Source: a virus (Duplodnaviria; Caudoviricetes). Taken from it: a DNA stretch of 64,000 nucleotides. A program made the translations under genes and the position numbers. This document shows positions 28,447-38,238 of this stretch, piece by piece. The stretch is from the IMG/VR virus record IMGVR_UViG_3300042522_001179, positions 183 through 64,182 of that record; one strand, written 5' to 3'. Within the stretch, counting starts at the first letter, position 1, and every line of letters starts with the position of its first letter. Below the pieces are notes generated by a model. The model worked only from the letters and a program-made list of their open reading frames with translations. It was not told where the DNA came from and did no database searches.

Positions 28447-28755
28447 ATGAAGGAATCAATGGCACGTTCGGTAGAACCACAGCATTTTGAGCTTCCATTG
28501 GAACTTCAATTTGCCATGCGTAAGGCCGAATTACAGGCCGAAGAGATGACCTGGGATGAGTTGTACTCAGCCCTTCTGAATCTTTACCATCAACGGTTAA
28601 TGGAATGGCAAGCAGTCAAGGAAATCTTGGCGGATGAAAACATTGATATTGACTTTGGACATCCAACCGATATCGAGTTAGCACAACTTGCCGCCGCCTG
28701 CATTGCAGACGACGACGAAGAAGATGATGAAGACGAATATTTTCAGCCTTTCTGA
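28447..28755 (+). CDS. nblA: NblA-like phycobilisome degradation protein with acidic tail
   Basis: ELPLELQFAMRKAELQAEEMTWDELYSALLNLYHQRLMEWQAVKEIL fits the NblA pattern L.LEQ.F......V..MS..Q....L..LY.Q. Confidence 0.7.
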   Translation: MKESMARSVEPQHFELPLELQFAMRKAELQAEEMTWDELYSALLNLYHQRLMEWQAVKEILADENIDIDFGHPTDIELAQLAAACIADDDEEDDEDEYFQPF

Positions 28756-29276
28756 GCTGATTCGTCAAGTTCAATAAGGCGGTTTAGATACCACTGAGCT
28801 TTCTTCAGTGACTCTACGCCGCCTTTTTGGCGTTCACGCCATTGATACTTGACACAGTTGCCCTTGAGGTAGCCACGGTACTCCTCTGGGGTCAGCTGAG
28901 CTTCAATTGCTTCGATGCATTCGATTGCACCAGAGGCATAGTGAGGGGGATGATTGACCAAGTCAACCGGTTCTTCCACTTGCAGCAAAGTGGGTTTTGC
29001 CCATGGCACAGGACAAACCCCATCTTTACAACCGGTATTTTCTTCTACTGGAGCGAAGAAATCTTTCCAGTCCTTTAGCGCATCAGTCCCTTGCGGCGCA
29101 GGGATAGATTTTTTTCCTTCTCGGGCACTGCTTCCAGCTCCAGCACCAACGCTTTCGGCTTGGGAGAAGAGGTCGGGTACCGGGAAAGTGCTTCCTCCAT
29201 TGAGGGGATCAGCCCCGTCGTTCCGGGCCGTCCGCCCTCGATTGCCAGATTTGTCCTCGGCCTGTCGTCCTGACAT
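28743..29276 (-). CDS. DUF3310 (T7 gp1.7-like nucleotide kinase family) protein
   Basis: DLVNHPPHY..GAIECIEAI...GYLKGNCVKYQWR...KGGVESLKKAQWYL. Confidence 0.85.
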   Translation of the reverse strand: MSGRQAEDKSGNRGRTARNDGADPLNGGSTFPVPDLFSQAESVGAGAGSSAREGKKSIPAPQGTDALKDWKDFFAPVEENTGCKDGVCPVPWAKPTLLQVEEPVDLVNHPPHYASGAIECIEAIEAQLTPEEYRGYLKGNCVKYQWRERQKGGVESLKKAQWYLNRLIELDESAQKG

Positions 29277-29431
29277 GCAACTAATCCTCTGTTGTACATG
29301 TCATACAATGGTACATCATTTTCCTCATTGGCGAGAGGTGCACCAAATGTCTCAAGAGACAAGCAACGACACATCACTTCGTCGTAAACGTTTTGATCCC
29401 AAAACGGATCGGAGTCCATGTATTGATGCAT
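29075..29431 (-). CDS. hypothetical protein overlapping the DUF3310 gene
   Basis: ATG ORF occupying an otherwise empty 29277-29431 interval. Confidence 0.55.
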   Translation of the reverse strand: MHQYMDSDPFWDQNVYDEVMCRCLSLETFGAPLANEENDVPLYDMYNRGLVACQDDRPRTNLAIEGGRPGTTGLIPSMEEALSRYPTSSPKPKALVLELEAVPEKEKNLSLRRKGLMR

Positions 29432-29496
29432 GATATAAAACCTTTGTGTTGGCTCTAGTACAATATTATCACGGACATTGTGGGCTAAATATTAAA

Positions 29497-29802
29497 ATGC
29501 AGCGACGTGGAGTAACCACTGGCAGCTCTGGTGCTGAGCTTAGTGATCTTAACCCTGAGCACAGTTATGACATTGACGTTCGGCGCCTGGATCCAGAAGA
29601 ACGTCAAGTTGCTGAACGTTCAAACGCAGCACAGCCTGGGATTGCAAAATATTTTCGTGCAGCTAAAGCAGCCGGTAAATTTCAACAATCAAGCCAAATA
29701 AATGAACTCACTTCAGCCTATCGAGGTGACAGGATAGGCCGAGGTGGGAGCACTAATTATGCAGACAAACCTACCGATCAATTCGGCAAATATTTTGTCT
29801 AA
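29497..29802 (+). CDS. hypothetical protein
   Basis: ATG after TACAAT box at 29459. Confidence 0.6.
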   Translation: MQRRGVTTGSSGAELSDLNPEHSYDIDVRRLDPEERQVAERSNAAQPGIAKYFRAAKAAGKFQQSSQINELTSAYRGDRIGRGGSTNYADKPTDQFGKYFV

Positions 29803-30386
29803 GCCTTAGGAAGCACAACTTCTTTTTGTTGGTTCTGATACTTACCCTTACGGTCTTGATAAGTAACATCGCAGGGGTTGCCGCGATAGAACAGCAGTTG
29901 CGTAACGCCTTCATCTGCGTAAACGCGATTAAACAACCCAGTGCAGTTGCTGATTTCTAAGGTCAGGTAACCTTCCCACCCAGACTCCGCAGGGGTGATG
30001 TTGACCAGGATCCCAGACCGTGCGTAGGTTGATTTACCGACCGCAACAACGGTCACATCCCTGGGCAGCTTAAGCCGTTCTTGCGCCACGCCAAGGCAGT
30101 AACCGTAGGGAGGCAGCAGGAAGTACTGGCCTTTCTCGTCCTCCAGTAATTCGGCAGGAGTAAGAATTGTCTCATCAAACGCTTTGGGATCGCAATCACC
30201 CTTTTGAATGCGGCCAAAAATCAAGCATTGCTTGGGCGACAAGCGGATGTCGTAACCATATGAGCTAAGGCCATAGCTCAAGATACGGCGCCCATCTTCT
30301 TCGCTGACAAGGCGATCCTGGAACGGCGTAATCATTTCTTCCGTTTCTGCCAGGTGCTTGATTTCGCGGTCGCAAAGAATGCTCAT
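29799..30386 (-). CDS. dcd: dCTP deaminase
   Basis: SYGLSSYGYDIRL, GKSTYARSG, GWEGYLTLEISN, YQDRKGKYQNQ. Confidence 0.95.
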   Translation of the reverse strand: MSILCDREIKHLAETEEMITPFQDRLVSEEDGRRILSYGLSSYGYDIRLSPKQCLIFGRIQKGDCDPKAFDETILTPAELLEDEKGQYFLLPPYGYCLGVAQERLKLPRDVTVVAVGKSTYARSGILVNITPAESGWEGYLTLEISNCTGLFNRVYADEGVTQLLFYRGNPCDVTYQDRKGKYQNQQKEVVLPKA

Positions 30387-30419
30387 GGGTCGTTTCAATC
30401 GTTTATCAGTATATCGAAC

Positions 30420-31007
30420 TTAGGCAAGCACTCGTCCTTTTTCGCTGTAAATGTCAATAAATTTCTGGGTGGCCGCAGCGGAATCATTCATTGGTTGCAA
30501 GTACACCAAGAAGGATGTGCACGTTTTGTGGACTGTCACACCAGTGCTTGAATTTCGGAACAATCTTGGCGGTGTTTTTAAAATGCACATAGGAAAGTCA
30601 AAGATCCTTTGGTCATATCGGATCATTTCCAAGCAGTTTGTAAAGTACAAGCCTTGTTCAATGCTTCCGTTCAACCAATTGCCGTACAGTTTTTTGAACC
30701 AGAGGGCATGAGAAGAAATCAAAGTGGGAGACGTAGCTCTTGTTTTTTTCCACCTATCATTTTTCTTGTCCCAGAAGTAGGTGCCACTTGGAGGAAATAA
30801 GTAGACCTTGCCGAACCAGTCCTGACAGTTGATGGCATCATCCTGTGGAGTGTAATACTTATCAGCATTGACATATTCGTTTGCCACCTTGGAACTGGCA
30901 ACATCTAGATCAATGTTTCCAAGTAGTGCGTGAGCAGCCTGCACCAAGTCTTTGTTGGTGATCAGCTCAATGTCTTCAACACTTTTTCTAATGTCTGGAA
31001 TTGACAT
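30420..31007 (-). CDS. phage Dam-like DNA methyltransferase homologue with a degenerate catalytic motif
   Basis: IDLDVAS...YYTPQDDAI..DW.GKVYLFPPS (NPPY expected); TTG start. Confidence 0.7.
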   Translation of the reverse strand: MSIPDIRKSVEDIELITNKDLVQAAHALLGNIDLDVASSKVANEYVNADKYYTPQDDAINCQDWFGKVYLFPPSGTYFWDKKNDRWKKTRATSPTLISSHALWFKKLYGNWLNGSIEQGLYFTNCLEMIRYDQRIFDFPMCILKTPPRLFRNSSTGVTVHKTCTSFLVYLQPMNDSAAATQKFIDIYSEKGRVLA

Positions 31008-31393
31008 CAGTCCTCCGAGACACTGTTGTAATCCACTTCAAAATACCGAATTCCTTCTTGATCATTAATTACGTAACCAGCTTTTTCCGTTGGATCAATT
31101 TTTTGTGCGGCCTCAAGAATACGCCGAAAACTTTCTGCAAGGTCACCATTATTACCTTGCTCACACTCTTCTTGGGCACTGTGGATTTCTTTGAGTGTCC
31201 AAAAGAACATGGAGCGTTCTTTGTTGTCAGGCTGGAACACCATTACGCCTGGGCCTTCATGCTCCCAGAATTGGCAATACTGTTGTCCCATGTCGCCAAG
31301 GATTAACCGCACTGTTGCGTTCAGCATGCGTGCCTTGGTTTGATCCATATCAGGACCAATGGTTGCCGCAATTAATTTTTCACGCCTGCTCAT
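31007..31393 (-). CDS. hypothetical protein (128 aa)
   Basis: Coupled ATG ORF in the - strand operon. Confidence 0.7.
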   Translation of the reverse strand: MSRREKLIAATIGPDMDQTKARMLNATVRLILGDMGQQYCQFWEHEGPGVMVFQPDNKERSMFFWTLKEIHSAQEECEQGNNGDLAESFRRILEAAQKIDPTEKAGYVINDQEGIRYFEVDYNSVSED

Positions 31394-31850
31394 GATTTAA
31401 TAAATGCTGTCGGTTTAACGAATCAAGAAGTTTTGGTAAGGGTTGATAGATGACTACAAGCTTACCAAGGTTTCCACGTTTTTTTACAAGCTTGCCCCTT
31501 TCATCCCTTAGCTTATCAAATTCACCTGACCGAATCAAATATTCGGCTACACAACGCAAGCGACGTTTAAGGGGCAATTCTGCTAACGGAAATTTACCAC
31601 AGATTGTATCTGGTTGCATGTTTTTGAATGCCAAACGCAATCGATTTGCCAATGTCATATTGGAATTGGCATCTTCCTCTTCGTAGTTCCTGATGATTTC
31701 CAGGTAACGCCTAAGGCATTTATCATCAAACGAGCCACTGGGCGGTAAAAAATCATTTACTTGCAACACCACAGAAGAAGGCAGCAAGGCTTCATGGTTC
31801 TTAATGGTGATGGAATCAATGTCAACTCCCTCTAAACGATGTGTTCTCAA
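31380..31850 (-). CDS. hypothetical protein, possible winged helix
   Basis: Coupled ORF with a basic helical C-terminus. Confidence 0.65.
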   Translation of the reverse strand: MRTHRLEGVDIDSITIKNHEALLPSSVVLQVNDFLPPSGSFDDKCLRRYLEIIRNYEEEDANSNMTLANRLRLAFKNMQPDTICGKFPLAELPLKRRLRCVAEYLIRSGEFDKLRDERGKLVKKRGNLGKLVVIYQPLPKLLDSLNRQHLLNHEQA

Positions 31851-32257
31851 GGTAACGGCCCCCGATCAACAAGCGTATACATATCAGTTCTTCTGAAATC
31901 AAGCTGAGTAACTTCTTTATTTTTGGCAAATGAAGCTACTAATTGATTCCACGGAATTCGAATAACCGCTTTTTTGGCAGGATCTGGAGTGACATTGACA
32001 TAGTGGATGCCCTCAGTCCAGCCTTTACCTGGGTTTTTTTTGCCGGAAGAAATCCAATTTCTAATGGTTTGGTCAGAGATCCCAAGTCGTTGGGCACATT
32101 CTTCTGTCGATACGTACTCATCGGCAAAAGCCTCTGGATTGACTATGTCAGTTTCTTCATTGGCATAGCGTGCATGCCACATAGATGCAAGGATATTTCT
32201 TATACCCTTTAATTCTTTGGCAATGTCTTCAAGGCTTTTACGTAGTCCGTACTGCAT
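31847..32257 (-). CDS. excisionase-like HTH protein
   Basis: YVSTEECAQRLGISDQTIRNWI. Confidence 0.8.
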   Translation of the reverse strand: MQYGLRKSLEDIAKELKGIRNILASMWHARYANEETDIVNPEAFADEYVSTEECAQRLGISDQTIRNWISSGKKNPGKGWTEGIHYVNVTPDPAKKAVIRIPWNQLVASFAKNKEVTQLDFRRTDMYTLVDRGPLP

Positions 32258-32309
32258 ACCAACATATCTTCTGTTTAAATGCTAATCTATAGGAAAATAA
32301 TTTGCGATC

Positions 32310-32615
32310 ATGGAAGATCAAATTCCCCCCAGCCAAGTGCCAAGTCAACCGGCAGTAGAAGGTCAAATCACAGCAGGGATGATTGCTGAAATGAAAGCAC
32401 GGGCCCGGGAGCTTGCTGTACAACAAACCATTGCCCAACGCGCCGCCATGCAGGATCAACAACAATTACCTCAAATTGTTTATGTAAAACGCAATTTAAC
32501 TGTTGCTGAAATTCTATTAACGCTTTTGCTTGCTTGTGGAATTGTTACCGGTGTCCAGTGGTCCTGGAACATTGCAAGTAATGTTTTGCCTCGCGTTGAG
32601 ATTAAAGTGCGTTGA
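32310..32615 (+). CDS. hypothetical membrane protein
   Basis: C-terminal TM helix ILLTLLLACGIVTGV. Confidence 0.65.
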   Translation: MEDQIPPSQVPSQPAVEGQITAGMIAEMKARARELAVQQTIAQRAAMQDQQQLPQIVYVKRNLTVAEILLTLLLACGIVTGVQWSWNIASNVLPRVEIKVR

Positions 32616-32658
32616 ATAAAGCAACTTATAATTAAATGAGGAATTGCGGTAAAAATGG

Positions 32659-32961
32659 GTGGCGAATAGACGCATTACAGAGCTTCCTGCCATTAATGGA
32701 CTAGACATTAACGAGCAAGATTTACTGACTTTGGTCCATGTGTTTGAAGTGGACCCAACTTTACGCAATAAAAAAATTACCTTTGTACAACTAAAGGACT
32801 ATTTAAATCAATACTATGCCAAGGCGAGCATAGGCGCCGAAAAAACAATTGCAACTGCAACAACTCCTGGGACAAAAGGAGAAATTTGCTGGGATGCAAA
32901 TTACATTTATGTTTGTATTGCAACAAACACTTGGAAGCGAACCGGACTTTCTTCTTGGTAA
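32659..32961 (+). CDS. small tail-fibre-associated protein
   Basis: MANRRITELPA N-terminus and GTKGEICWDANYIYVC..TNTWKR C-terminus, both typical of phage fibre modules. Confidence 0.7.
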   Translation: MANRRITELPAINGLDINEQDLLTLVHVFEVDPTLRNKKITFVQLKDYLNQYYAKASIGAEKTIATATTPGTKGEICWDANYIYVCIATNTWKRTGLSSW

Positions 32962-32978
32962 ATAAATCCTGAAATACA

Positions 32979-35900
32979 ATGGCATACGGAACTCTTAAGG
33001 TTGATAACATCACATTTACCAGTAGTGGTGTTGACAAGACAATCACCGTTTCCGGTATTGTCACAAATATTTCTGGTAATATTACCGTTACCGGCACGAT
33101 TCAAGGTGCTGTTGTTGTTGGCACTACAACTGTTTCTGGTGCTTTGGTTACTGGCAACGCCGGTGCATTTGGCACGTTAACAGGAAACACCGCAGGTTTC
33201 ACAACAATAACTGGCACAACCGTTACAGGTACAACTATTAATGCACAGTCCGGTGTTTTTACTGCGCGGCTTTCAGGTGCAACTGTAACTGGCAATGCTG
33301 GTGTATTTGACACGCTAACAGGCAACACCGCAGGTTTCACAACAATTACAGGAACAACCGTTACGGGTACTACGGTTAATGCGGTATCTGGTAACTTTGC
33401 AACACGGCTTTCGGGCGCAGTTATAACTGGCGATACCGCAGGTTTTACCACAGTAACTGGCGTTACCATTACAGGCATAACTGTTAATGCAGCATCTGGC
33501 AACTTTACAACACGGCTTTCGGGCGCAACTATAACAGGTGATGCCGGTGAATTCAGTACTTTAACAGGCAACACCGCAGGCTTTACAACAATTACGGGAG
33601 TAACCGTTACAGGTATTACGGCAAATTTTGCAACCGGTAATTTTGTTTCTTTAACGGGGACTACGACAACAGGTACAAACGCAAACTTCACAACAGGTAC
33701 ATTTTCTACCAGTGTCAGCGGTTTAACCGTAGTTGGTACGACTGGTACATTTACTTCTTTAACGGGGACTACTACTCAAGGCACTACAGCATCTTTTACT
33801 ACTGGTACATTTACTTCTTTAACAGGAACTACCGCTCAAGGCAGTACAGCAAATTTTGCAACTGGCACATTCACTTCTTTAACAGGGACTACAACAACAG
33901 GAACTACTGCCAATTTTGTAAGCGGTAATTTCACAACTCAAATTTCTGGTGCAGCAATTACGGGTAACACCGCAGGATTTACCACGGTTACTGGAATAAC
34001 CGTAACGGGAATTACTGCTAATTTTGTAAGCGGTAATTTTACAACGCAGCTTTCGGGCGCTACTATTACCGGAAATACAATTCTTGGAAGCAATATTAAT
34101 GGTGTATCTGGAACTTTTGATGCTCAAGTAAGCGGTACAACCGTTCTTGGTACCACAGGTACATTTACTGCTTTAACTGGTACTACAACAACAGGTACAA
34201 ACGCAAACTTTACTACTGGTACATTCTCCACTCGCGTCAGTGGTTTAACTGTAGTAGGTACGACTGGCACATTTACTTCCTTAACCGGAACCACAACAAC
34301 AGGTACAAACGCAAACTTCACAACAGGTACGTTTTCTACCCGCGTCAGTGGTTTAACCGTAGTTGGCACTACGGGCACATTTACTGCTTTAACCGGAACC
34401 ACAACAACAGGTACAAACGCAAACTTCACAACAGGTACGTTTTCTACCCGCGTCAGTGGTTTAACCGTAGTTGGCACTACGGGCACATTTACTGCTTTAA
34501 CTGGTATTACAACAACAGGTACAAACGCAAACTTTACTACTGGCACATTTTCTACTCGTGTCAGCGGTTTAACTGTAGTAGGTACTACAGGTACATTTAC
34601 TTCTTTAACTGGGACCACTACTCAAGGCACTACGGCATCTTTTACAACCGGTACATTTACTACAATTACAGGTCAAAACTTTAAAAACACAAATCCCAAT
34701 AATGTGTTTTTTGGATTAAACGCTGGAAATGCAATTACGACAGGCTCTTCTAGTGTTGGTGTTGGTATTAGTAGTTTAAGTGGCTGTACATCCGGCTCTT
34801 TTAATGTTGCAGTTGGGCACGAAACACTTAGCGCAAATACCACCGGAGACGGTAACGTCGCTATTGGATATCGCGCCCTTGCAAGCGCAACAGAGTCTTA
34901 TCAAAGTGTTGCAGTTGGCCATCTAGCCATGGAGTTGGCGGCAGCAGGCACCGCTTATAACGTTGGAGTAGGACACGCTGCTTTAAAATATGCACTTGAT
35001 GCGGGCAGTGTTGCGGTTGGACATACTGCAGGAGAAAACCATACAACAGGCGGTCCTATAACTGCAATTGGTTTTAATGCAGCTTACAGTTCTACATCAG
35101 CAGCTGGTATAACCGCTATTGGTACAAACGCCCTTTACTTTAATACTACGGGCTCTGATAATATTGCAATTGGCCTTAGTGCTGGTTACGGTATTACGAC
35201 AGGCTCTAGAAATACTGGTATTGGATGTAGTGCCATAGTAGGCGGTATTACACAAACAACAGATGTAATTGGAATTGGGTACAATAGTTTAACTTTTAAC
35301 GCGGCGTCATTCCTTATTGCAATTGGAAACAGTTCGTTAGTCAATAATTCAACTGGTATTGAAAATATAGCCATTGGTCATAATACCCTCTCTAGCAATA
35401 CAGAGGGAGCTGGCAATCTTGCAATTGGTAATGGTGCTATAGCAAGTTCTGTTACAGTAGATAAGAACCTTGCCATAGGTTCGTATGCATTAACTTATGC
35501 GCTAAGTGGCAGGAATACAGCAATTGGCTATTTTGCTCTTAACAACAATACAACTGGAATATCCAATATTGCCCTCGGTACAGAGTCGGTGTATTTTAAT
35601 ACGACAGGCTCTAGAAATATAGGAATAGGCGACCAGGTTTTAACGACTAGTACTACTGCAAATGATAATACGGCAGTTGGTCATACTAGTTTGTTCGCTA
35701 ATACCATAGGCAGTGGCAACATTGCTATTGGCTCTTTTGTTTTAGATGACAATACAACAGGCAACTTTAATATTGGTGTGGGCGTTAATGCGCTTACCAG
35801 TAATACTATCGGTAGCGGAAATATTGCCATTGGCGCTAATGCCCTTGGAACAAATACCACTGCTAACACTAACGTTGCCATTGGAAACAGCTCGTTAAAT

Positions 35901-37268
35901 GTTAATACGACCGGTGCCAGTAACATTGCTATTGGATTTAATGCGTTAAGCGCCAATACAGTTGCTAGTGACAACATTGGAATTGGAAGAAATGCGTTAC
36001 TTGTTAATACAACAGGCGTTAACAATATCGCTATCGGCACGGCTGTCTTAGACGCAAACAGTACAGGTACCGCTAATATTGGAATTGGATTTTCTGCTTT
36101 AGGCGCTAACTCAATTGGTAGCGGTAACGTAGGTATTGGAAGTAACGCACTACTTGGCAATACTACAGGCACCAACAATATTGCGATTGGCAGTAGTGCA
36201 GTTGATGCAAATACCATTGGCATTAACAATATTGGCATTGGCCTTAATGCCTTGGGTGCTAATACAACGGGAAATAATAATATTGCACTTGGCAATAATA
36301 CATTGCTTGCTAATACTATTGGAAGTGGTAATGTTGCCTTAGGCAATACAACCCTCGACTCGAACACCACCGGAAGTAATAATATTGCCATAGGCGCTGA
36401 GGCTTTAAACACTAATTCATCCGGTACTGATAATATTGCAATTGGCAAGAGCGCATTATTTACTGCTACCACTGCTATTAACAATATTGCGATTGGCACT
36501 AATGCGCTTAGTGGCGTGACCACTGGTGGCAGTAATATTGGCATTGGTCCATCTGCACTTCTTGTCAATACAATTGGAGTCAACAATATTGCACTTGGTA
36601 ATAGTGCAGTTGATGCCAATACAACAGGCATACAAAACATTGGTATTGGCGTCAATGCATTGGGAGCCAATACTGTTGGTACAAATAATGTCGCAATTGG
36701 TAACGCGGCCCTTGATGTTAATACAACAGGCATTAGCAACGTTGCCATCGGCTCTGATGCTCTTGGCTCTAACACTATTGCTTCTGGAAATACGGCGGTT
36801 GGGAGCCTGGCGGGTAACACACTTACAACCGGTGTAAACAACACATGTTTAGGAAATAACGCTCAGGCTTCTGCGGCAACTGTTACGGGTGAATTTACCC
36901 TTGGAAACGCAGATATTGTCAACTTGCGTTGTGCTGACACAACAATTTCTACATTGTCTGATCGGCGTGATAAAACAAATATTAAAGACCTGCCTTATGG
37001 TGTAACGTTTATCCAAGCGCTTCGCCCTGTTCAATTTGATTGGGCTACTAGAGATGGGTCAAGAAAAGGAAGAAAAGACTTTGGTTTTATTGCCCAGGAG
37101 CTGGATCAAGTTGAAGAAACTTTTGATTGCAGGGAATATACACGGCTTGTTCACAAAGACAATCCAGAAATCTGGGAGGCTGATCCCATGAAAACGTATC
37201 CAATCCTGGTCAAGGCCGTGCAAGAACTTTCCGAACGTGTTGCGTTCTTAGAAAACAACATAAAGTAA
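32979..37268 (+). CDS. tail fibre/spike with Thr-Gly repeats, beta-helix repeats and C-terminal intramolecular chaperone (peptidase S74-like)
   Basis: NTTG..NIAIG..AL repeats; SDRRDKTNIKDL...LRPVQFDW...FGFIAQEL chaperone motif. Confidence 0.9.
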   Translation: MAYGTLKVDNITFTSSGVDKTITVSGIVTNISGNITVTGTIQGAVVVGTTTVSGALVTGNAGAFGTLTGNTAGFTTITGTTVTGTTINAQSGVFTARLSGATVTGNAGVFDTLTGNTAGFTTITGTTVTGTTVNAVSGNFATRLSGAVITGDTAGFTTVTGVTITGITVNAASGNFTTRLSGATITGDAGEFSTLTGNTAGFTTITGVTVTGITANFATGNFVSLTGTTTTGTNANFTTGTFSTSVSGLTVVGTTGTFTSLTGTTTQGTTASFTTGTFTSLTGTTAQGSTANFATGTFTSLTGTTTTGTTANFVSGNFTTQISGAAITGNTAGFTTVTGITVTGITANFVSGNFTTQLSGATITGNTILGSNINGVSGTFDAQVSGTTVLGTTGTFTALTGTTTTGTNANFTTGTFSTRVSGLTVVGTTGTFTSLTGTTTTGTNANFTTGTFSTRVSGLTVVGTTGTFTALTGTTTTGTNANFTTGTFSTRVSGLTVVGTTGTFTALTGITTTGTNANFTTGTFSTRVSGLTVVGTTGTFTSLTGTTTQGTTASFTTGTFTTITGQNFKNTNPNNVFFGLNAGNAITTGSSSVGVGISSLSGCTSGSFNVAVGHETLSANTTGDGNVAIGYRALASATESYQSVAVGHLAMELAAAGTAYNVGVGHAALKYALDAGSVAVGHTAGENHTTGGPITAIGFNAAYSSTSAAGITAIGTNALYFNTTGSDNIAIGLSAGYGITTGSRNTGIGCSAIVGGITQTTDVIGIGYNSLTFNAASFLIAIGNSSLVNNSTGIENIAIGHNTLSSNTEGAGNLAIGNGAIASSVTVDKNLAIGSYALTYALSGRNTAIGYFALNNNTTGISNIALGTESVYFNTTGSRNIGIGDQVLTTSTTANDNTAVGHTSLFANTIGSGNIAIGSFVLDDNTTGNFNIGVGVNALTSNTIGSGNIAIGANALGTNTTANTNVAIGNSSLNVNTTGASNIAIGFNALSANTVASDNIGIGRNALLVNTTGVNNIAIGTAVLDANSTGTANIGIGFSALGANSIGSGNVGIGSNALLGNTTGTNNIAIGSSAVDANTIGINNIGIGLNALGANTTGNNNIALGNNTLLANTIGSGNVALGNTTLDSNTTGSNNIAIGAEALNTNSSGTDNIAIGKSALFTATTAINNIAIGTNALSGVTTGGSNIGIGPSALLVNTIGVNNIALGNSAVDANTTGIQNIGIGVNALGANTVGTNNVAIGNAALDVNTTGISNVAIGSDALGSNTIASGNTAVGSLAGNTLTTGVNNTCLGNNAQASAATVTGEFTLGNADIVNLRCADTTISTLSDRRDKTNIKDLPYGVTFIQALRPVQFDWATRDGSRKGRKDFGFIAQELDQVEETFDCREYTRLVHKDNPEIWEADPMKTYPILVKAVQELSERVAFLENNIK
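34150..34610 (+). repeat. 108-nt (36-aa) tandem repeat, about 4 copies, inside the tail fibre
   Basis: GTTGTFT(A/S)LTGTTTTGTNANFTTGTFSTRVSGLTVV units; copies starting at 34281 and 34389 are nucleotide-identical. Confidence 0.9.
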
Positions 37269-37310
37269 AACAAAAAAACTGTTATAATACATTTAGTAAG
37301 TTTTTTCGCA

Positions 37311-37622
37311 ATGGCTTTTATTAATGCGATTGGGGCAACCAAGGCTCTTTCTAAAGCAATCCCCACTGTTAAAACCAACGGTAAAGTTAAAAAATGGGAT
37401 TTAACTGTTGTTTATTCTTGTGGTGGTTTAACTAAAGATTTTAGCCGCGAGGTTGATGTTGAGTATTTAGATAAAGAGCCTAGCGATTTTACAAAAGCTG
37501 AGTTGCTGGGCCTTTGCAATACCGTACATTTGGATATGGTGTTTGATAGTTTTTACGGCAGCATGACCAGTGCGCCCACCGAAAATAAAGTTACTGATTT
37601 TGACATTACTTCGCTGAGCTGA
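37311..37622 (+). CDS. hypothetical protein (possible fibre-associated)
   Basis: ATG with TATAAT box at 37283. Confidence 0.65.
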   Translation: MAFINAIGATKALSKAIPTVKTNGKVKKWDLTVVYSCGGLTKDFSREVDVEYLDKEPSDFTKAELLGLCNTVHLDMVFDSFYGSMTSAPTENKVTDFDITSLS

Positions 37623-37632
37623 AGTATTTACG

Positions 37633-38238
37633 GTGAATCGATTTAAGCAGAGGCTCCAGCATTTAAAGCGTCCGATAAAGAATGTTTTAGATGTTGGAGC
37701 GTATAGGGGTGATTTCGCGCGGGTAATCCAAGAAGTTTTTCCTACTGCAAAAATTAAATGCATTGAAGGCGACGAAAGGCAGGCTTCATTTCTTGAAACA
37801 TTTGACACAGATTTTTATCTGCTTGGGCGTAAAACTAAGCAGGTAGATTTTTACACACTGCCAGAAAATTGTTGTACAACTGGCAGTTCTATCTATAAAG
37901 AAAATACGATTCATTACCAAGAACCCTTGGTGATTAAAAAATGGTGTTATGCATTAGATGATTTGCATTTCCCTTCGTTTGATTTAATTAAACTTGATGT
38001 ACAAGGAGCCGAGCTTGATATTTTAAAAGGAGGTAAAAAATACTTGGCCGAGACCAAGCCTACTTATTTACTTCTTGAAACATCAGTACAGCAATACAAT
38101 CAAGGGGCACCCCTGGCTGGAGAAGTGATTTCATACCTTAATAAAAAAGGCTATAACTTACGCGATGTTATTGATGTGCTTTATGATCAAAGCAATCAAT
38201 TACTACAGGTTGATTTCCTGTTCGAGTGTGACACCTAA
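37633..38238 (+). CDS. FkbM-family methyltransferase
   Basis: VLDVGAYRG and DLIKLDVQGAELDILKGG. Confidence 0.9.
   Translation: MNRFKQRLQHLKRPIKNVLDVGAYRGDFARVIQEVFPTAKIKCIEGDERQASFLETFDTDFYLLGRKTKQVDFYTLPENCCTTGSSIYKENTIHYQEPLVIKKWCYALDDLHFPSFDLIKLDVQGAELDILKGGKKYLAETKPTYLLLETSVQQYNQGAPLAGEVISYLNKKGYNLRDVIDVLYDQSNQLLQVDFLFECDT

Noticed and set aside
31007-31393. Vague resemblance to cyanobacterial CcmS-like proteins
   Set aside because: Similarity too weak to support by eye
33101-36844. Long antisense ORFs (196, 164 and 387 aa) opposite the tail fibre
   Set aside because: Mirror of the Thr/Gly/Asn repeat codons, which rarely create reverse-strand stops
33000-36850. Tail fibre repeats as a CRISPR array or DGR template/variable repeat pair
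   Set aside because: Repeats are in-frame coding units without unique spacers; differences are not adenine-specific; no reverse transcriptase or cas gene seen in the window
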